In this document: piece after piece, positions 1-10,605 of the stretch
Layout of the letters: every line of letters begins with the position of its first letter
Position numbering within the stretch: the first letter of the stretch is position 1
Source of the DNA: Acidobacteriota bacterium
GTDB lineage: Bacteria > Acidobacteriota > UBA6911 > RPQK01 > JAJDTT01
Length of the DNA: 64,000 bases
Reading direction: 5' to 3'
Assembly: GCA_965218775.1 (NCBI GenBank)
Contig: CBDCLS010000005.1
Location: forward strand, 961,263 to 1,025,262
Translations under genes and position numbers: made by a program
Notes under the pieces: model-generated
The model's input: the letters and a program-made list of their open reading frames with translations, nothing else
What the model was told of the DNA's origin: nothing
Database searches by the model: none

Positions 1-79
1 TGATGGCGAACTTCTTGATGGAACAGCTGGTGTTCAGGAGAAGGACCGGGAGGGAAAGGACAAGGACACCTCCCGCCAT
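1..79 (-). CDS. 5'-partial hypothetical secreted/lipoprotein-like protein (N-terminus only; the gene runs off the window start)
   Basis: Reverse-complement of 1-79 reads ATG GCG GGA GGT ... = MAGGVLVLSLPVLLLNTSCSIKKFAI... (hydrophobic signal-like N-terminus followed by Cys). A GGGAAGA Shine-Dalgarno-like stretch lies just upstream on the minus strand. It is absent from the ORF track because there is no in-window stop. Confidence 0.25.
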   Translation of the reverse strand, partial: MAGGVLVLSLPVLLLNTSCSIKKFAI

Positions 80-567
80 CTTCCCAAGCCGCTGCTGAAT
101 TGCCTTGACTACGTGAGGAGTGGACATTTGATCCTCCATGTTTTTCACCTGGCACCGATCTGTTGGTGGCTTGTCAGGGCCAGCTCCCGCTTGCTTGACA
201 GTTCCCTGCAGTAGCAACAGCCATGCCAATTCCTCGCTCTCGTTACTGGCCTTCAGTTCAAACAATTGATGTGGCTAAGGTTAGGCCACTTCCAGAGGGG
301 CAGAGGTCGGGAAATTTCGGGAGCTCTCTTGCCCCTACACCGACCCGATCGGATAGTGGACTATCGAAGTGAATTCCCAAGATGCGGGGACTCATTCGAT
401 CGATCGTCCACGGACAGGGCTCCGGTAAGGAGCTCTGTCCCCTTTTCACTGTCCCCACTGAGGTCTCTGTCCCCTCTGACGTCTCTCCTCTGACGTCTCA
501 AGGGGCTGAAATCGTGTCAATGCTGACTCGAGTGGGCCAAGATCCTTGATACAACCAGGAGAGGAGG

Positions 568-612
568 TTGGGGCAAGGGCAAGGGCGAGGGCAGAGGCAA
601 GGGTGGGAGGGA
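568..612. repeat. GC-rich hexamer microsatellite (GGCAAG/GGCGAG/GGCAGA)n, related to the locus at 58617-58757
   Basis: ggggcaagggcaagggcgagggcagaggcaagggtgggaggg; about 7 hexamer units. It shares 'ggcaaaggcacaggcaaggg'-like units with 58727-58757. Confidence 0.6.
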
Positions 613-675
613 CAGACGTCTATATACCAACGGACGGCGGCCGGGCCATTGTTAGCCGGTGGGCAGCTCTCTATA

Positions 676-2783
676 CTAGCCTCGATTTCCACGGTACTGG
701 AAAGGACTAACATTTTTTAAGGGTAGCCGTTGAGTCGGTTAGTCAAATCGAAGGACCAGAGTTTTGCCGCCAAACCAAGGCATGGGCGTGGGATCATCAC
801 CCAGGCCCGAGGCGACCAAGTAGGGGTTATGGGCGCGCTTATCGAGGTGGACGGTGACTTGCTGCTCTTGGATCTGGACCCGGGCCGAGACGTCGAGGAG
901 ATTTCGGAAGATCTTTTTGGCTTGAGCCCGCTGATATTCGCGACCAATCTTCTCGGCCATGAGTCGATATAGGGAGCTGGCCATGAGGGTGATCTGGAGG
1001 TCAAAATCCACTTTGAGTCCCACCATCGAAGAGAGCGCGTCCAGGTGAAAGAACTGGATGGCTTCGGAGATGCCATTTTCGATGAGCATGCGTTGGGCAT
1101 AGCGGGTGATCAGAGTCGAGGGGGCGCGGCGCAGATGGTTGGTCAGTAGGACGGTCGGTTCTTCGTGACCGAGTTCCATGAGGGTGAGCTGGCGCAGGGG
1201 ACCTTCGTAATGTTTCAGGACGATCCGCTGGTCCAGGACTTTGGGGGTGCGAAAGATCCGAGTCAGGGCGGGTAAGGTGATGCGGTGCCAGGCGGAGGCG
1301 GGGCGGCTCCAGATCTGGCCCAGCATTTTTTGGGAGCGGCGGCGCAGGGTGATAAAGCCAATGCCCTGTTGGTTGAGGCGGTTCAGATGAGCATAGGTGG
1401 TCAACTGGGAATCGAAGACGAGTTCGGCCGGAGGCTGACCGCTGTGTTGGTGCCAGAACTGGACGAAGCGTTGCACCTCGTCGGCTCGATCGGCCCGGGG
1501 GACACCCGCATTGGCGTAGCATAAGACACGCTCGGTGGCGTCCCGAGCCAAAAAAACGAGGATGCCTTTTTGGCTGCGGCTGCGGGAAGAGACATAGTGT
1601 TTGTCCAAAGGTTCCTGCTGGCTATTGGCGGGGACGGTGTGAAAGTCCAGATCGAAGGAAGAGCCCCGGGGCAGGCCGGCGGCTTGGACCTGCTCAAACC
1701 AGGCTCCCATGAGGCGCAGGTTGGCGCGTCGGTCGACCCGGGAGCTGTAGGCGGCCAGGTAGGAGCGCTTGGGCACCACATTGAGACCGGCAAAAAGGGC
1801 GATGCCCTCGTCAAAGACCCGATCCATGACATGACTTTTTCTTTCGATGCCCAGCAGCTTCAGAGCCAGCAGGGTGCGCACGGCCTGCTCGGCGGGAATC
1901 ATTTGGGAGCCGGGAAGGCGGGGGGGCTGCAGCACCGCCCCGAGATCGATCGATCGCATCAGCGGGACGAACAGAAACAGACCGCCGACCCGGGTGCGAA
2001 AGCTGCGCGGGGCCAGATTGATCTGCCGCACGTCGGCGATGGCTGCTGCTTCGGGCTTGAGGGTGGCGGGGCGTTGCTCATCCCGACGCCGGGGCAGTCG
2101 GGCGAAGCCCTCCTCTCGCAGCAGGATCGATAACGCATTGATGCTGATGGAATGGCCGGCGGCGGCCAACTCGCGTTGGATATCGTAGACCGAGAGGTTT
2201 CGCTTGCGCAGGGCGACGGCCCGTTCCCGCACCCGATCGCGGGCGGGCGCCGCTTGAGGCCCCCGGCGAATCGCCTGAAAGAAGCGGGCGCGCTTGCTGA
2301 GATCATGGCGAAACTGATGACAGAGGACGCGGAAGGCTCCTGGGGAATAGCCGAAGCGAGTGGCGACCTGCTGCGAGGGCAAGCCTTCGACGAAAAAGCA
2401 GCGCAAGGCCTCATACTGGCGCTGCAGAGGCGATTCGGGGGCCAGGAAGAATTGGGCCTCCGGAGCGGTCGGTCGGGTGTCATTAGTTAGTCCATTCCGA
2501 TTACTGTATTCCAAACTATAACTATACTAGATATGAATGACAGAAAATGCTCAGCCTTTGATAGGGTTCTATTCTGCCTCATATCCAGACTTTTCTAGCA
2601 TTCGCGTGGGGATCGTCCCTTGATCAGGTTTTAGGTATAGGATTACCTCTCTATCCAAATAGGTACTTCTATTTACTAACGTAGGTGGAAACACAGCAGG
2701 CGCAAGTCGCGCCGATCAAGGATTCTGGCGGGGGGCTCGAAGCGGAAAGGCGTCATTTGTACTGCCGTGGAAATCGAGGCTAG
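676..2783. mobile_element. Insertion sequence (~2108 bp) bounded by perfect 19-bp terminal inverted repeats, carrying one large DDE transposase gene
   Basis: Left TIR ctagcctcgatttccacgg at 676-694. Right end ccgtggaaatcgaggctag at 2765-2783 is its exact reverse complement. A single 591-aa transposase-like ORF lies inside. No clear target-site duplication was found. Confidence 0.6.
739..2514 (-). CDS. DDE transposase (large, IS1634/IS1182/IS4-superfamily-like; family uncertain)
   Basis: The 591-aa ORF is enclosed by the 19-bp TIRs. Size, its sole occupancy of the TIR-bounded unit, and the basic/HTH-like N-terminus fit a large IS transposase. Exact family not determinable by eye. Confidence 0.6.
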   Translation of the reverse strand: MEYSNRNGLTNDTRPTAPEAQFFLAPESPLQRQYEALRCFFVEGLPSQQVATRFGYSPGAFRVLCHQFRHDLSKRARFFQAIRRGPQAAPARDRVRERAVALRKRNLSVYDIQRELAAAGHSISINALSILLREEGFARLPRRRDEQRPATLKPEAAAIADVRQINLAPRSFRTRVGGLFLFVPLMRSIDLGAVLQPPRLPGSQMIPAEQAVRTLLALKLLGIERKSHVMDRVFDEGIALFAGLNVVPKRSYLAAYSSRVDRRANLRLMGAWFEQVQAAGLPRGSSFDLDFHTVPANSQQEPLDKHYVSSRSRSQKGILVFLARDATERVLCYANAGVPRADRADEVQRFVQFWHQHSGQPPAELVFDSQLTTYAHLNRLNQQGIGFITLRRRSQKMLGQIWSRPASAWHRITLPALTRIFRTPKVLDQRIVLKHYEGPLRQLTLMELGHEEPTVLLTNHLRRAPSTLITRYAQRMLIENGISEAIQFFHLDALSSMVGLKVDFDLQITLMASSLYRLMAEKIGREYQRAQAKKIFRNLLDVSARVQIQEQQVTVHLDKRAHNPYLVASGLGDDPTPMPWFGGKTLVLRFD

Positions 2784-2936
2784 CGCTTTCGAAAGCTGGT
2801 TGGTTGAGGCAACAAACGGTTTCTGCCCAGTTTTTTCGCAGAGAACTCCTTCACGGACCTTGGCATAAAGGATATCCTCTAACGTCGGCAGTCGCTACAA
2901 CCTGGATATCCAATTCATCGAAGGGAAGGTTATTAG

Positions 2937-3707
2937 ATGAAGGGCACAATTTTTGACTTGACCGGGCGCTCCGCGCTGGTGACGGGTGGAAGCAAAGGTC
3001 TAGGCAAGGCCATGGCTCGGGGTTTTGCCCAGGCGGGAGCCGATGTCGCAATCTGCAGCCGCCACGAGGACGAGCTTCGTCGCGCGGTCGATGAGATCGT
3101 TGAGGGAACCGAGGCGCATTGCCACTATCTGGTGGCCGACATGAGCCAGCGCGGTGAAGCCGACCGGCTCGCCAAGTGGGCCCTGGAGTCGATGGGCAAA
3201 GTCGATATTCTGGTGAACAATGCCGGGTCCAACGTGCCTCAGGCCATCGACGCCATTACTGACGAGATCTGGGACCAGATCGTCGAGCTCAACTTGTCGT
3301 CCTGTATGGCGTTGAGCCGTGCCCTGATTCCGCAGATGAGGAAGCGCAAGTGGGGGCGTGTCATCCACATCTCGTCCATCATGGGATTGGGCTCCAAGGC
3401 GGAACGGGATTCGTACTCTGCCACCAAGTTTGCTTTGCACGGCCTGGCGAAAGCAAGTGCCCTGGATGTCGGTGCCGACAACATCACCGTGAACTGCATT
3501 GCACCAGGACCTTTTGCAACAGATCTCCCCGGCCTTCTCCTTACGGACGAGCAGAAGCAGACATTCTCAGAGGGGACTGCGCTAGGGCGCTGGGGACAAC
3601 CCGATGAGCTTGTCGGTCCCGCCCTATTGTTGGCCAGTGAAGCTGGAAGTTACATCACCGGAGAGGTTCTTGTCGTTGACGGCGGGGTGCTCTCTAAGAT
3701 ATTCTGA
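2937..3707 (+). CDS. SDR-family oxidoreductase (short-chain dehydrogenase/reductase, FabG-like)
   Basis: N-terminal TGGSKGLGKA (Rossmann TGxxxGxG), NNAG motif, and catalytic S...YxxxK (SYSATK). 256 aa. Confidence 0.9.
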   Translation: MKGTIFDLTGRSALVTGGSKGLGKAMARGFAQAGADVAICSRHEDELRRAVDEIVEGTEAHCHYLVADMSQRGEADRLAKWALESMGKVDILVNNAGSNVPQAIDAITDEIWDQIVELNLSSCMALSRALIPQMRKRKWGRVIHISSIMGLGSKAERDSYSATKFALHGLAKASALDVGADNITVNCIAPGPFATDLPGLLLTDEQKQTFSEGTALGRWGQPDELVGPALLLASEAGSYITGEVLVVDGGVLSKIF

Positions 3708-3710
3708 TTC

Positions 3711-5552
3711 ATGTCTTTAGCTACCGAAGGCTCGGAGGATGAGCCGCAGCCTGATCGTTCTCATACCCGCAACTTCTGCATCATCGCCCACATCGATCAC
3801 GGGAAGTCGACGCTTGCGGACCGCTTTCTCGACGCAACCGGGGCCCTCGATTCCCGCAGCATGCGAGAGCAGGTTCTGGATCAAATGGAGTTGGAGCGGG
3901 AACGCGGCATCACCATCAAGATGGCCGCAGTGCGACTCCATTACGACTCCCGGCAGGGAGAGGGCTTCGAGCTCAACCTGATCGACACGCCGGGCCATGT
4001 CGATTTCACCTATGAGGTTTCTCGCAGCCTGGCTGCCTGCGAAGGAGCCGTGCTGGTGGTCGATGCGGTTCAGGGAGTCGAGGCTCAGACTCTGGCAAAT
4101 GTGAATCTCGCCCTGGGCAGCAACCTGACCATCATACCTGTCATCAACAAGATCGATCTGCCGGCAGCGGACCCGGATCGCGTGAAGAAGGAGATTGCGG
4201 AGACCCTCTTGATCGACGAGTCGGAATGTCTCCTGGTCAGTGCCAAGGAAGGTATCGGCATCGAAGATGTCTTGGAAGCTGTAGTAGCTCGTGTGCCTAT
4301 GCCTGGTGGGGTGGACGAGGCTCCCCTGCGCGCCATGGTCTTCGACAGTCATTTCGATCCCTATCTGGGTATCATCGCCTACGTCCGCGTGGTGGATGGA
4401 GCCATCCAGCCAGGTATGCGCTTGCGCATGATGGCTTCGGGCCGGGAGGCAGAGGTGGCAGGCGTGGGGGTGTTTGCCCCCCAGATGCGCTCCACCTCGG
4501 GTCTCAAGGCAGGCCAGGTCGGTTTCCTGCACGCCGGGATCAAGTCCATTGGCCATTGTCGCGTGGGAGACACCGTTACCGGCGCCAGCCAACCCGCTGC
4601 GGCTCCACTTGCCGGCTACAAACAGGTGAAGCCGATGGTTTTCTGCGGTCTCTATCCAGTGGACAGCGACCGCTTTACGGATTTGCGCGAAGGACTGTCA
4701 CGGTTACAGCTGAACGATGCCGCTCTGGCGTTCGAGCCGGAGACCTCGGCCGCCCTAGGCTTCGGTTTTCGTTGTGGGTTTCTGGGGTTGCTTCACAGCG
4801 AGGTCGTCCAGGAACGGCTCGAACGCGAGTTCGACTTGGACCTGATTGCTACCTCTCCATCGGTCGTCTACCGGCTAACTCTGGTGGATGGAACCGTCGC
4901 TCACATCGAGAATCCGAATCACTGGCCCGAAGCTGGAAGCATTGCCAAGGTGGAAGAGCCCTTCATAATGGCGACGATCCTGGTCCCCAACAAGTACATG
5001 GGCGCCTGCATGGACCTCTGCAGTGATCGCCGCGGTACCTTCAGCAGCATGGAATCCAGTGGCACCAACCGGGTTGTGTTGACCTATCAGCTCCCGCTGG
5101 CGGAGATCCTTCTCGACTTCTTCGACACACTCAAGAGCCGGACCCGTGGCTACGCCTCATTCGACTACGATTTTCTGGGCTATCGCGAGGGGAAACTGGT
5201 CAAACTGGACATTCGCATCAATTCTGAACCGGTCGACGCCCTCAGTTTCATTACCCACCGGGACCGTGCCTTTCCCCGAGGAAAGGCGCTGGTGGGACGA
5301 TTGAAAACAGTCCTTCCGCGTCAGCTCTTCGAGATTCGGGTGCAGGCTTCCCTGGGCTCCAAGATAATCGCCGCTGAGCGAGTCAGTGCGCTGAGGAAGA
5401 ACGTGCTGGCCAAGTGCTACGGCGGGGACGTGACGCGCAAGCGCAAGTTGATGGAGAAGCAGCGGTCGGGAAAGCAGCGGATGAAGGCCGTGGGAAGAGT
5501 CCAGATTCCCCAGGAAGCCTTCCTGAGTGTCCTGCGGCTGGGTAATGAGTGA
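3711..5552 (+). CDS. lepA: Translation elongation factor 4 (LepA)
   Basis: [11 protein letters not shown]1 motif, [12 protein letters not shown]; ~600 aa. The C-terminal [13 protein letters not shown] is typical of LepA. Confidence 0.95.
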   Translation: MSLATEGSEDEPQPDRSHTRNFCIIAHIDHGKSTLADRFLDATGALDSRSMREQVLDQMELERERGITIKMAAVRLHYDSRQGEGFELNLIDTPGHVDFTYEVSRSLAACEGAVLVVDAVQGVEAQTLANVNLALGSNLTIIPVINKIDLPAADPDRVKKEIAETLLIDESECLLVSAKEGIGIEDVLEAVVARVPMPGGVDEAPLRAMVFDSHFDPYLGIIAYVRVVDGAIQPGMRLRMMASGREAEVAGVGVFAPQMRSTSGLKAGQVGFLHAGIKSIGHCRVGDTVTGASQPAAAPLAGYKQVKPMVFCGLYPVDSDRFTDLREGLSRLQLNDAALAFEPETSAALGFGFRCGFLGLLHSEVVQERLEREFDLDLIATSPSVVYRLTLVDGTVAHIENPNHWPEAGSIAKVEEPFIMATILVPNKYMGACMDLCSDRRGTFSSMESSGTNRVVLTYQLPLAEILLDFFDTLKSRTRGYASFDYDFLGYREGKLVKLDIRINSEPVDALSFITHRDRAFPRGKALVGRLKTVLPRQLFEIRVQASLGSKIIAAERVSALRKNVLAKCYGGDVTRKRKLMEKQRSGKQRMKAVGRVQIPQEAFLSVLRLGNE

Positions 5553-6737
5553 TCATGGTCCGCCAGCTCCTCCTCTGAGTTCGGAGGAAATGGGCCTATA
5601 TGTCCATATCCCCTTCTGCCCTCAGAAATGCCCTTACTGTGACTTTGTCTCGGGGCCGTTTGACCTCTCTGCCCGTCTAGGCTACCTGGAGGCGCTGGAG
5701 CGTGAGATCCGGGCGAGTTCCTGTGCCGGCCGCAGCGTCAATACTGTCTATTTCGGGGGGGAACGCCTTCCGAGCTCTCGATTCACGAACTCGAGGTCCT
5801 GGTCGGGGCTGTTCAGGAGACCTTCGTCACCGCGAACGCCTGCGAGTGGAGTATTGAGTGCAACCCAGAAACGATTACATCGGAGTTGCTCGGCGGGACA
5901 TCTCGTCTCGGATTCAACCGCATCAGCCTCGGCATCCAGTCCTTCCAGGACCGCTACCTCCAGCTTCTGGAGCGTACACACACTGGCGAAGACTCGCTTC
6001 AGTCCTACCGATTGGTGCGAGCAGCCGGCTTTGAGAATGTCAATCTCGACCTGATTTTCGCCCTTCCCGGTCAGTCTCTCGATCACTGGAAGCTGGACCT
6101 TGATGAGGCCCTGGCACTGGATCCCGAGCACCTCTCGCTCTACAGTCTGACGATTGAGGAGGGGACCGAGTTCGGAGAGCGCCACTCACGAGGTGAGCTA
6201 GAGAAGATCGATGCGGAAGGGACCGCCGACATGTATGAGGTTGCCCTCGACCTGACCCAGGAGTTCGGTTTCGATCAGTACGAGCTCTCCAGTTTCACTC
6301 GGCCCGGCCGGGAGTGTCTCCACAACCTTGGCTATTGGAACTATTTGCCTTATTTGGGCTTCGGGATTGGAGCAGCCTCGTTCCTGGATGGGACTCGTTG
6401 GACCAATACAGCTGTTCTTGCTGACTATTTGCGGAGCGCTCCCGATGGCAAAATTTCCAGGGCAAGCGAGAAGCGCCTGCAGGGCAAGGAAGCTCTGGGA
6501 GAGGAACTCATGCTCGCGCTGCACACGCAAACAGGCGTTTCACTGGGGTCCCTCTCTGTTCGGTACGGCTGCGATGTGGGGCAAGTATATGCAGACTCTT
6601 TCCAACTCTTGAGCGGTCAGGGACTGATCGAGCTGGAGGATGACCATGCCAGGCTCACTCGGAAGGGGAAGCTTGTGGCAGCTGAAGTCTGTGCGGAGTT
6701 CTTGCCAATGGAGGAGTCGGCTCCCCTGGGGTCATGA
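5545..6737 (+). pseudogene. hemW: HemW-like radical SAM heme chaperone (oxygen-independent coproporphyrinogen-III oxidase family), frameshifted in a G7 homopolymer at 5755-5761
   Basis: N-terminal ORF 5527-6054 has YVHIPFCPQKCPYCDF (CxxxCxxC radical SAM) and ends ...NTVYFGG. Frame 0 continues GGTPSELSIHELEV...CNPE...LGIQSFQD (ORF 5886-6737). The two parts join if one G is added to the G7 run (expected YFGGGTPS). Confidence 0.75.
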
Positions 6738-6740
6738 AGC

Positions 6741-7322
6741 ATGAATCGGATCTGCGTGTTCTGTGGCTCGAAAACGGGAAACAGTCCTCTCTTTCTGGAA
6801 ACAGCCATTCAGCTGGGTCGGGTTTTGGCCGAGCGCGGTCTCGAGCTGGTCTATGGTGGGGCTAGCATTGGCTTGATGGGAGCCGTGGCCGATTCAGTCA
6901 TGGCCGGCGGAGGCAAGGTTGTCGGGGTGATTCCAGAGGCGATGGCGTCCAAGGAGGTCGCTCATGACGGGGTGACTGAAATGCACGTAGTCTCGAGCAT
7001 GCACGAGCGTAAGTCGATGATGGCTCGGTTGGCGGACGCCTTTGTTGCACTTCCAGGGGGATTTGGGAGCTTCGAGGAGCTGTTGGAAATGATCACCTGG
7101 GCGCAGCTTGGGATCCACCGAAAACCGGTAGGGATTCTGAATGTCAACGGCTACTATGATCCTCTGATCCAGTTGTTTGAAGGGGCCATCGAGGCGGGGT
7201 TCATCAAGCCCAGGAATCGCCAGCTGTTTGTCATCGAACAGGAGGCGGACCGATTGCTCCAGACTCTGCTGGCTCACAAACCTCCCGAGGTCAAGCGGTG
7301 GATAACAGAACGGGAAACGTAG
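6741..7322 (+). CDS. LOG-family cytokinin riboside 5'-monophosphate phosphoribohydrolase / TIGR00730 protein
   Basis: VFCGS, YGGASIGLMGAVA and PGGFGSFEEL motifs; 193 aa. Confidence 0.9.
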   Translation: MNRICVFCGSKTGNSPLFLETAIQLGRVLAERGLELVYGGASIGLMGAVADSVMAGGGKVVGVIPEAMASKEVAHDGVTEMHVVSSMHERKSMMARLADAFVALPGGFGSFEELLEMITWAQLGIHRKPVGILNVNGYYDPLIQLFEGAIEAGFIKPRNRQLFVIEQEADRLLQTLLAHKPPEVKRWITERET

Positions 7323-7396
7323 CTTTAGCCTCCAGGCCGAAGTATTTCGGTCGAGCCACAGGCTCGACGGAACGGCGGCCTGGAGCCCACCGCTAC
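7319..7396. repeat. REP-like palindromic element, family A, copy 1
   Basis: gtagctttagcctccaggccgaag ... cggcggcctggagcccaccgctac. The arms are reverse complements. It overlaps the LOG gene's TAG stop at 7320-7322. Confidence 0.7.
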
Positions 7397-7417
7397 GGCG
7401 AAGGTCAGCCTCAGTAA

Positions 7418-8737
7418 GTGGTATTCTCCACGAGTAGAATGATGGCAGCTGAGCAAATCAATACGGACGTCAAGGTCAAAGATCCCTTCGACATCAACCT
7501 GGACTGCATCCACTGCGGCTTCTGTGTGCCCAGGTGTCCAACCTATCAGGTTCTGGGTGACGAGAACGATTCGCCCCGGGGCCGGATCTATCTCATGAAG
7601 GCTCTTCAGGCGGGGCGTATTCCTCTAGACGAGACCTTCATTGGGCATCTGGATTGCTGCCTCGGCTGCCGAGCCTGCGAAACAGCTTGTCCCTCGGGGG
7701 TCCGCTATGAGGTGATGCTCAACGAAACCCGGGCTCGGATTCATGAGGAGCAGCCGCCACCTTTTCTGCAGAGATTCGTTTTTCGTCGGTTGCTTCCCGC
7801 GAACGGGCTGCTCAGGCAGGCAGGTCGAGCTCTACGTTTTTACCAACAAGTCGGATTGCAGCGGCTGGTTCGCAAGGCGACTTTTCTATCGCGCCTGTTT
7901 CCCGGGCTCTATGCTTCCGAGAAGAAACTCCCTCGGATTCCTCCCCTGAGGCGCTTCGATCCCTCCTATGCTGCCTACGGGAGTCCCCGCTACCGGGTCG
8001 GCTTTCTCACTGGCTGCATCATGCCCCTGATTTTCCCCCAGGTTCACCACGCCAGCATTGAGATGCTGCGGCTGGCGGGCTGCGATGTGATCCTGCCACC
8101 CTCACAGTCCTGCTGCGGTGCCTTGCACTCCCATGCCGGGGACCGGGAGATGGCTCGCACCCTGGCGATTCGCAACCTCGACGCCTTTCCCTGGCAGGAA
8201 CTCGACGCCATCATCGTCAACTCCGCCGGTTGTGCCGCCTCCATGAAGGAGTGGCACCATTTGATAGAGGACTCCAATCCCCACTCCGAAGCGGCCCAAG
8301 GATTCGCCCATAAGGTGAAGGATATCTGTGAGTTCCTGGGCGAGATTGAGCCTTCCTGGAGCCTGGGAACCATACCAGAGCGAGTTGCCTACGACGATGC
8401 CTGCCATCTACTCCATGGACAGCAAGTCTCCGCGCAGCCCCGGCAGCTTTTGGAGCAGATTCCCGGCCTCTCGTTGCTGGAGGTTCCCAACTCGGACCGC
8501 TGCTGTGGCAGCGCCGGCATCTATAACCTGCTCCAGCCCGAAATGTCCGAGGAGCTGCTGGGAAAGAAGCTGGAGGAGATCCTGAGCACGAAGCCTGACC
8601 GAATCACGACGGCGAATCCGGGCTGCATCCTGCAGATCCAGTATGGGCTATGGTCCCAGGACCTAACCATTCCAGTCCAGCATCCGGTGGAGCTGCTCTA
8701 CGAGGCCGCCCGGACAGAGGCCAACAAAGTAGCCTGA
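7418..8737 (+). CDS. glcF: (Fe-S)-binding oxidoreductase, GlcF-like (glycolate oxidase Fe-S subunit / heterodisulfide reductase-related, two CCG domains)
   Basis: Two 4Fe-4S ferredoxin motifs (CIHCGFCVPRCP; CLGCRACETACP) followed by Cys-rich CCG-like repeats (CCG...C). 439 aa. Confidence 0.75.
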   Translation: MVFSTSRMMAAEQINTDVKVKDPFDINLDCIHCGFCVPRCPTYQVLGDENDSPRGRIYLMKALQAGRIPLDETFIGHLDCCLGCRACETACPSGVRYEVMLNETRARIHEEQPPPFLQRFVFRRLLPANGLLRQAGRALRFYQQVGLQRLVRKATFLSRLFPGLYASEKKLPRIPPLRRFDPSYAAYGSPRYRVGFLTGCIMPLIFPQVHHASIEMLRLAGCDVILPPSQSCCGALHSHAGDREMARTLAIRNLDAFPWQELDAIIVNSAGCAASMKEWHHLIEDSNPHSEAAQGFAHKVKDICEFLGEIEPSWSLGTIPERVAYDDACHLLHGQQVSAQPRQLLEQIPGLSLLEVPNSDRCCGSAGIYNLLQPEMSEELLGKKLEEILSTKPDRITTANPGCILQIQYGLWSQDLTIPVQHPVELLYEAARTEANKVA

Positions 8738-8743
8738 ATCGTC

Positions 8744-9706
8744 CTATTTCTTGCTGGCGGCGACTCGATTGCGGAGGGTGCCAATCTGAGAAATCTCTAC
8801 CTCTACCTTGTCTCCCGGCTCGAGGTATTCGCCGGTGGTGTTCCCTACACCCGAGACCGTTCCTGTGCTGATGATGTCCCCGGGCTCCAGGGTGACGATG
8901 GCAGAGATATATTCGATCAGATCCGCCACGGGCACCAACATCTGTGCAGTACTATTGTGCTGCTTGCGATCCCCATTGACATAGGTGCTGATCTCCAGTG
9001 ACTGAGGATCGGGGATCTCATCCGAGGTGACGATCCACGGTCCCAAAGGAGCGAAAGTGTCCAGCCATTTTCCGTTGAGCCAGTCGAACCACACGTCCTC
9101 GTCACGGTCCTCGCTGCGATTCTTGATCTTCAGCTTTCGCTCGGAGACGTCGTTCATGACGGTATAGCCTGCCACGTAGCGAAGTGCCTCGGAAGCGGAA
9201 ACCTGCTTGGCCTTACGGCCAATGACCACTGCCAGTTCCCCTTCCCAGTCGATGGCCGTTGCCACCGGTGGAATGAGGATACGGTCACCGGGGCCGATCA
9301 CGGTAGTGGTCGCGGGTTTCATGAAGAAGCGAGGCGTTTCCTTGTCCTGAACCGCCATCTTACCGCCCCCTTCCTCTATGTGGTCCTGGTAATTACCGGA
9401 CAGACATAGCAGTTTGCACGGTACCAAGGGAGAGCTGAGACGGACCCGGCTTAGCTGGAAGGTGATCTTGTCGTCGGGATTCTTGCCCGCCTCGGCGAGA
9501 GTGGCGTTTAGCGCTTTTCTTGCGGCCGACCTGCCCTTCTGGCCCGCACTCAAGAGCTCCAACATATCGCCCAGAAACGAGTGAGCCGGGCGCTTTTCTT
9601 TACGTGCAAGACGTCGGTCCGCTCCCTCGAGGTCGACTACGAGCTGGTCCTCGATCACCGCGCCCACGAATGTCCTGGTTGCTGCCGAGCAGGTTGCTAG
9701 CTTCAT
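8744..9706 (-). CDS. Fumarylacetoacetate hydrolase (FAH) family protein
   Basis: FAH-fold motifs: GxNYxxH-like (LSGNYQDHIEE), EGELAVVIG, and C-terminal PGDIISTGT...G. Confidence 0.85.
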   Translation of the reverse strand: MKLATCSAATRTFVGAVIEDQLVVDLEGADRRLARKEKRPAHSFLGDMLELLSAGQKGRSAARKALNATLAEAGKNPDDKITFQLSRVRLSSPLVPCKLLCLSGNYQDHIEEGGGKMAVQDKETPRFFMKPATTTVIGPGDRILIPPVATAIDWEGELAVVIGRKAKQVSASEALRYVAGYTVMNDVSERKLKIKNRSEDRDEDVWFDWLNGKWLDTFAPLGPWIVTSDEIPDPQSLEISTYVNGDRKQHNSTAQMLVPVADLIEYISAIVTLEPGDIISTGTVSGVGNTTGEYLEPGDKVEVEISQIGTLRNRVAASKK

Positions 9707-9819
9707 CGGTTCTCCTTGTCAGTGACGCACTGTCGAAGAAGGATCGGGCCGAGTCTTCCGTGGCGGCGGTCTCCCGGCCGCCTTGGAGTCGAGCCAAAGG
9801 CTCGAAAGAAGGGAATCCT

Positions 9820-9843
9820 TCGGCCTGGAGGCCAAAGCTACGC
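9820..9843. repeat. REP family A half-copy (one arm only)
   Basis: cttcggcctggaggccaaagctac is the reverse complement of the gtagctttggcctccaggccgaag arm. Confidence 0.5.
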
Positions 9844-9852
9844 CGGCCAATC

Positions 9853-10605
9853 TTAGATCCCCAGGATCCTGGCGGCGTTCCCTCCCAGGACCAGGGCTTT
9901 ATCCTCGTCCGAAATCTGTGCGGTGGTGATCTTACCCAGTTGAGGGCGAGGATCCATCAGTGGGGTGTCCGAGCCAAACAGCACCCGGTCGGCTCCGGCT
10001 TCGTTGACCAACTGTTCGATCACGCCAGGTGTGCGAAAGGTGGAACACGTCTCCAGATAGACGTTAGGGTTGGCGTTGGCCGCCGCAATCGCCTGATCCC
10101 GACACTCTTGTGTGTTCCCGGAGTGGCCTGAGACGAACTTGGCTCGCGCAAAACGGGGTGCCACGTCGGCCAGATACTTGGGAAAGGCCTGAGGCTCGGT
10201 TCCGGTGTGGTGGATGATCAGTAAACCTCTCTGGTCAGCGAACTCGTAGATGGGATCCCACTGGGGCTGCTCCAAAGACCAGGGAACGAAGGGAGGGTAG
10301 AGCTTGATCGCGACCAGCTTCAGGGTGTCGATCGCCCTTTCCAACTCGGCAACCATAGCTGCGGCCGGCGTCAACGGACTGACGTAGGCAAAGCCCACGA
10401 AGCGATCGGGATGGCGGGCCACGAATCGGGCGGTCATGTCATTGCCCGTGGGCCCACTCGGGTAGTAGATGTTGAACAAACAGGAGACGTCGATGCCGCA
10501 GGCGTCCATGGCATGGAGCATCAGATCGGGATCGTCGACCATTCCCATGATGTCGTTGGACCCCACATGTCCGTGGAAGTCGATTACTCGTACTCCTTCA
10601 ATCAT
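9853..10605 (-). CDS. Amidohydrolase-2 family (TIM-barrel metal-dependent hydrolase) protein
   Basis: N-terminal IDFHGH metal-binding HxH and a GSD...P C-terminal motif; 250 aa. It overlaps the next paralog by 8 nt. Confidence 0.75.
   Translation of the reverse strand: MIEGVRVIDFHGHVGSNDIMGMVDDPDLMLHAMDACGIDVSCLFNIYYPSGPTGNDMTARFVARHPDRFVGFAYVSPLTPAAAMVAELERAIDTLKLVAIKLYPPFVPWSLEQPQWDPIYEFADQRGLLIIHHTGTEPQAFPKYLADVAPRFARAKFVSGHSGNTQECRDQAIAAANANPNVYLETCSTFRTPGVIEQLVNEAGADRVLFGSDTPLMDPRPQLGKITTAQISDEDKALVLGGNAARILGI

Noticed and set aside
3717-4592. 291-aa ORF antisense to lepA, and similar long antisense ORFs: 25953-27677 (574 aa), 19291-20328 (345 aa), 34832-35689 (285 aa), 61242-62162 (306 aa), 1001-1522, 4226-5026, 10602-11123.
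   Set aside because: Each lies entirely inside a well-supported gene on the opposite strand. Compositions are Arg/Ala/Gly/Pro-rich, typical of high-GC antisense frames, with no motifs.
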